Made by a program: the position numbers and the translations under genes. Source: an uncultured Prevotellaceae bacterium (GTDB lineage: Bacteria; Bacteroidota; Bacteroidia; Bacteroidales; Bacteroidaceae). From it: a stretch of 64,000 nt of DNA. Below are positions 62,601 through 64,000 of this stretch, one piece after another. Within the stretch, counting starts at the first letter, position 1. Each line of letters opens with the position of its first letter. Where the stretch lies: NCBI GenBank assembly GCA_963517315.1, contig CAUQEF010000008.1, positions 11,454 to 75,453 on the forward strand, written 5' to 3'. The notes beneath the pieces were generated by a model. The model saw only the letters and a program-made list of their open reading frames with translations. It made no database searches and had not been told where the DNA came from.

Positions 62601-63329
62601 CCCGGACAGCCCTCGCGCGTAGCGGTGGCCTTCCTCACCGATGTGGTGAAGCGTATCAACGCCACCTTGGCGCAGCCCGGCGAGGTGACGCAGCAGATCT
62701 ACAATGACTACTTGGCACTGTATGACCAGTATCTCCGCTACCCCCGCACCACACCGATCGAAGCCCTCGATCAGAACTACCTCTACGTGATTCGCAACGC
62801 CTACTACGACGACTATGTGGCACGCCTCGACGCCAGTGGCAACATCTACCCCTCGAAGGTGGTGAGCGGTGCGACGATCCCGTCCAACGCCCTGTGGTAT
62901 GTGGTGAAGGCACACAACGCCATCTACATCATCAGCAAGGTCGGCGACAAGGCCGCCACGGTCTACCCCGTTCGCGAAGGCACCACGGTGAATACCGTGC
63001 CCGCTTCCAACACCGCCGGTAAATATGCTTGGAAAACGCGCCTCTTCTCCACGAGCAACGGCCGCACCGGTGTGAACATTCTCGACGAGAGCGGTCGCTT
63101 CAGCTGGTTTGCTCAGCCCGCCAACTACAAAACGGTGGTGCTCAAGCCCGCCGAGCAGAACGGTGCGATTTGGACCTTTGAGAAAACCGACTTCACCGTC
63201 GGCATCAACGAGGTGCGCGCCGCCGCTGCCAAAGTGTCGGGACAAAGCCACGACCTGCTCGGACGCCCCGTCGGTGCTGATGCCCACGGTATCGTGATCG
63301 AGCGCGACGGCACGAAGCGCGTGCGCTGA
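59679..63329 (+). CDS. Multidomain GH20 beta-N-acetylhexosaminidase with T9SS-type C-terminus
   Basis: HRGYMLDIARHFF, HWHLTDDQGWR, PEIDMPGH, HLGGDE, GVQGNMWTE; terminal HDLLGRPV..GIVI; -7 element TACTTTTG at 59634-59641. Confidence 0.93.
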   Translation: MQKRLLLFFMALFTSVAALTAAGLPKLSSGSDVTWYFIKFANSGNVIEARADAQNVKQAGMTGRGAQLWKFEGNLSTGCTITNKLGQKLYVTSQAQRGMVIASQKAKSNTSFVVAVSKKDSRHFEIHPAGHNDISFNQWGGPGVGQEVGLWVADNDVNNVLSFEGESAFDSYRKLPALIPYPQDLKLKEGTTLNAKTLNAVTFPADSLKELAADFATRLGKATGTAVTTKASGATAEAGAVSLLTDRTLAAEAYQLTVTAQGVEIRASGHAGFFYGLQTLSQLLPPAFFAGTPAPAADWTVPGLAINDKPLLRHRGYMLDIARHFFDKTEVKRIIDMLALYKMNRLHWHLTDDQGWRIEIPEYPKLTSVGSRRAGSFVNDGINPWFFDDTEYGRGMYYTLDDLREIVAYAAARNIEIMPEIDMPGHMVAALAAYPELSCLPKQQYKVRITPGISHDVLNVGDDKVIDFLKTVFGHVAEVFPGKYIHLGGDECPTDRWKNNALCRQRIKNEKLSGVEELQPWLVEHLAEFLEKKYNKQIVVWDELIAKDKTKFWKKPTTKVKPLIMAWNLPDGKRWDKPTEQVAADYGFQSVMCPYNRLYLDWMQVSAGEADVNEVYRGGWGDGSVNSVATVYNYDPLANLGNRSQLALGVQGNMWTETTNNNAELEYQLLPRLQALSEIAWLPAKQKDWTSFLLRLQSHSSIFEAMNFTYAKHYFFPPEANEFDQVVAQAEGYLKAIKPGKVGHVSQDTYAKFVKALNAAKTAGASAPGAAQNVRNAINALRESPVVQPEAGKAYRLVSASTYYKKKYVGSVLYETGSELRVHYAKQDAANELFSFEPSGAGYALRAVRSGNFAQLPTYDQAATMSTKPGTPLRIDAAKHRSGNYEYVPGVVVISAVEGYQSAAGSNTKRLFIKSFGGNDKANDIPNVNRVVAFDDPSLCNPGTWYIEEADFRVMLNGLLTRCNNTLADAQPDVPGQPSRVAVAFLTDVVKRINATLAQPGEVTQQIYNDYLALYDQYLRYPRTTPIEALDQNYLYVIRNAYYDDYVARLDASGNIYPSKVVSGATIPSNALWYVVKAHNAIYIISKVGDKAATVYPVREGTTVNTVPASNTAGKYAWKTRLFSTSNGRTGVNILDESGRFSWFAQPANYKTVVLKPAEQNGAIWTFEKTDFTVGINEVRAAAAKVSGQSHDLLGRPVGADAHGIVIERDGTKRVR

Positions 63330-63659
63330 TAGCCCGCTCCACAGATGAGGCGCCCACTTGTGCGCGCCACCCCCTCCTTCTTCTCCCCGTTTGCCCCATC
63401 GGTAAGCGGGGAGTTGTTTTGTGGAGAGGTGTCGCGAGCGGCTTTGTCGGGAAAACATCGCGGCGCAAGAGAGGGGGATGCCCGATTGTGGACGCTCTGC
63501 CCAACGAAACGTCGTCGCGGGCAGACAAAAATCACGGTAGTGGGGCACATGTGCCGAGAAATCACTATCTTTGTCGCCACACCTCATCTCACAGCATTTG
63601 AAAAACACAGCGCCCGCTTGCCCCATCGGCAGAGCGTGTGCTCCAACCTGATTGAAAAC

Positions 63660-64000
63660 ATGACCACCGCTCTTTCTTCGGCTTCGATGCCCGTGAAACT
63701 CGAAGCCCCCATGTGCATCAACGTCGTGCGCCTCCAAGACTATCTGCTCGCGCCCGACGAAGTGGTGCTCTTCGACTGGCTGCTGGTGAAGCAAGCCTAT
63801 GTATTCAACTACAAACCCTTCTACTATTCGCAGCGGCGCATCGAAAAGGAGACGCGCATCGGTCGCCGGCGTTTTGAAACGATCTTGCGCACGTTCAAAG
63901 ACCAAGGATGGTTGTGGAGCGAAGTGATGCACAAAGGCCCCGAACAGGGACAAGTGCGCCACTATGCCGTGGACTATCGCCGGCTCAGTGAGCACTTGGA
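63660..64000 (+). CDS. Putative winged-helix DNA-binding protein, 5' part (runs off window)
   Basis: Manual translation MTTALSS..CINVVRLQDYLLAPDEVVLFDWLLVKQAYVFNYKPFYYSQRRIEKETRIGRRRFETILRTFKDQGWL; -7 element TATCTTTG at 63566-63573. Confidence 0.65.
   Translation, partial: MTTALSSASMPVKLEAPMCINVVRLQDYLLAPDEVVLFDWLLVKQAYVFNYKPFYYSQRRIEKETRIGRRRFETILRTFKDQGWLWSEVMHKGPEQGQVRHYAVDYRRLSEHL

Overview
Chromosomal window from a GC-rich Prevotellaceae (Alloprevotella/Prevotella-like Bacteroidales), judged from TAnnTTTG -7 promoter elements, short T9SS-type C-terminal domains and gene content. Most of it is housekeeping: mnmG 5' end, DUF2851, DUF2723-deacetylase-queG, GH2 beta-galactosidase, a truncated dcw cluster (rsmH-ftsL-ftsI-murE-mraY-murD-ftsW followed by a cyclophilin), gpmA, bcp, dapB-lepB-wbqC, feoA-feoB fusion, pyk, DEAD-box helicase, fhs, tauE-like/DUF1634, parE-coaD-S41 protease, GNAT and a GH20 hexosaminidase. 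Four things stand out. (1) At 31.0-36.4 kb, a near-leaderless His/CxxC-rich upstream ORF ending in RGPP (ribosome-arrest motif, CruR/DUF2946-like) precedes a long leader, a TonB-dependent receptor and two paralogous His-motif lipoproteins, a candidate metal-sensing uptake system. (2) At 36.6-39.9 kb, an AT-richer block carries a T9SS cargo gene and two paralogous MKxYxxP micro-peptides, one missing from the ORF track. (3) At least 10 dispersed intergenic arrays of a degenerate palindrome have an exact 21-bp period. (4) Two promoter-to-terminator units have no credible ORF (candidate sRNAs). No rRNA, tRNA, CRISPR array or transposase was seen. All family assignments come from motif recognition by eye, not from database searches.
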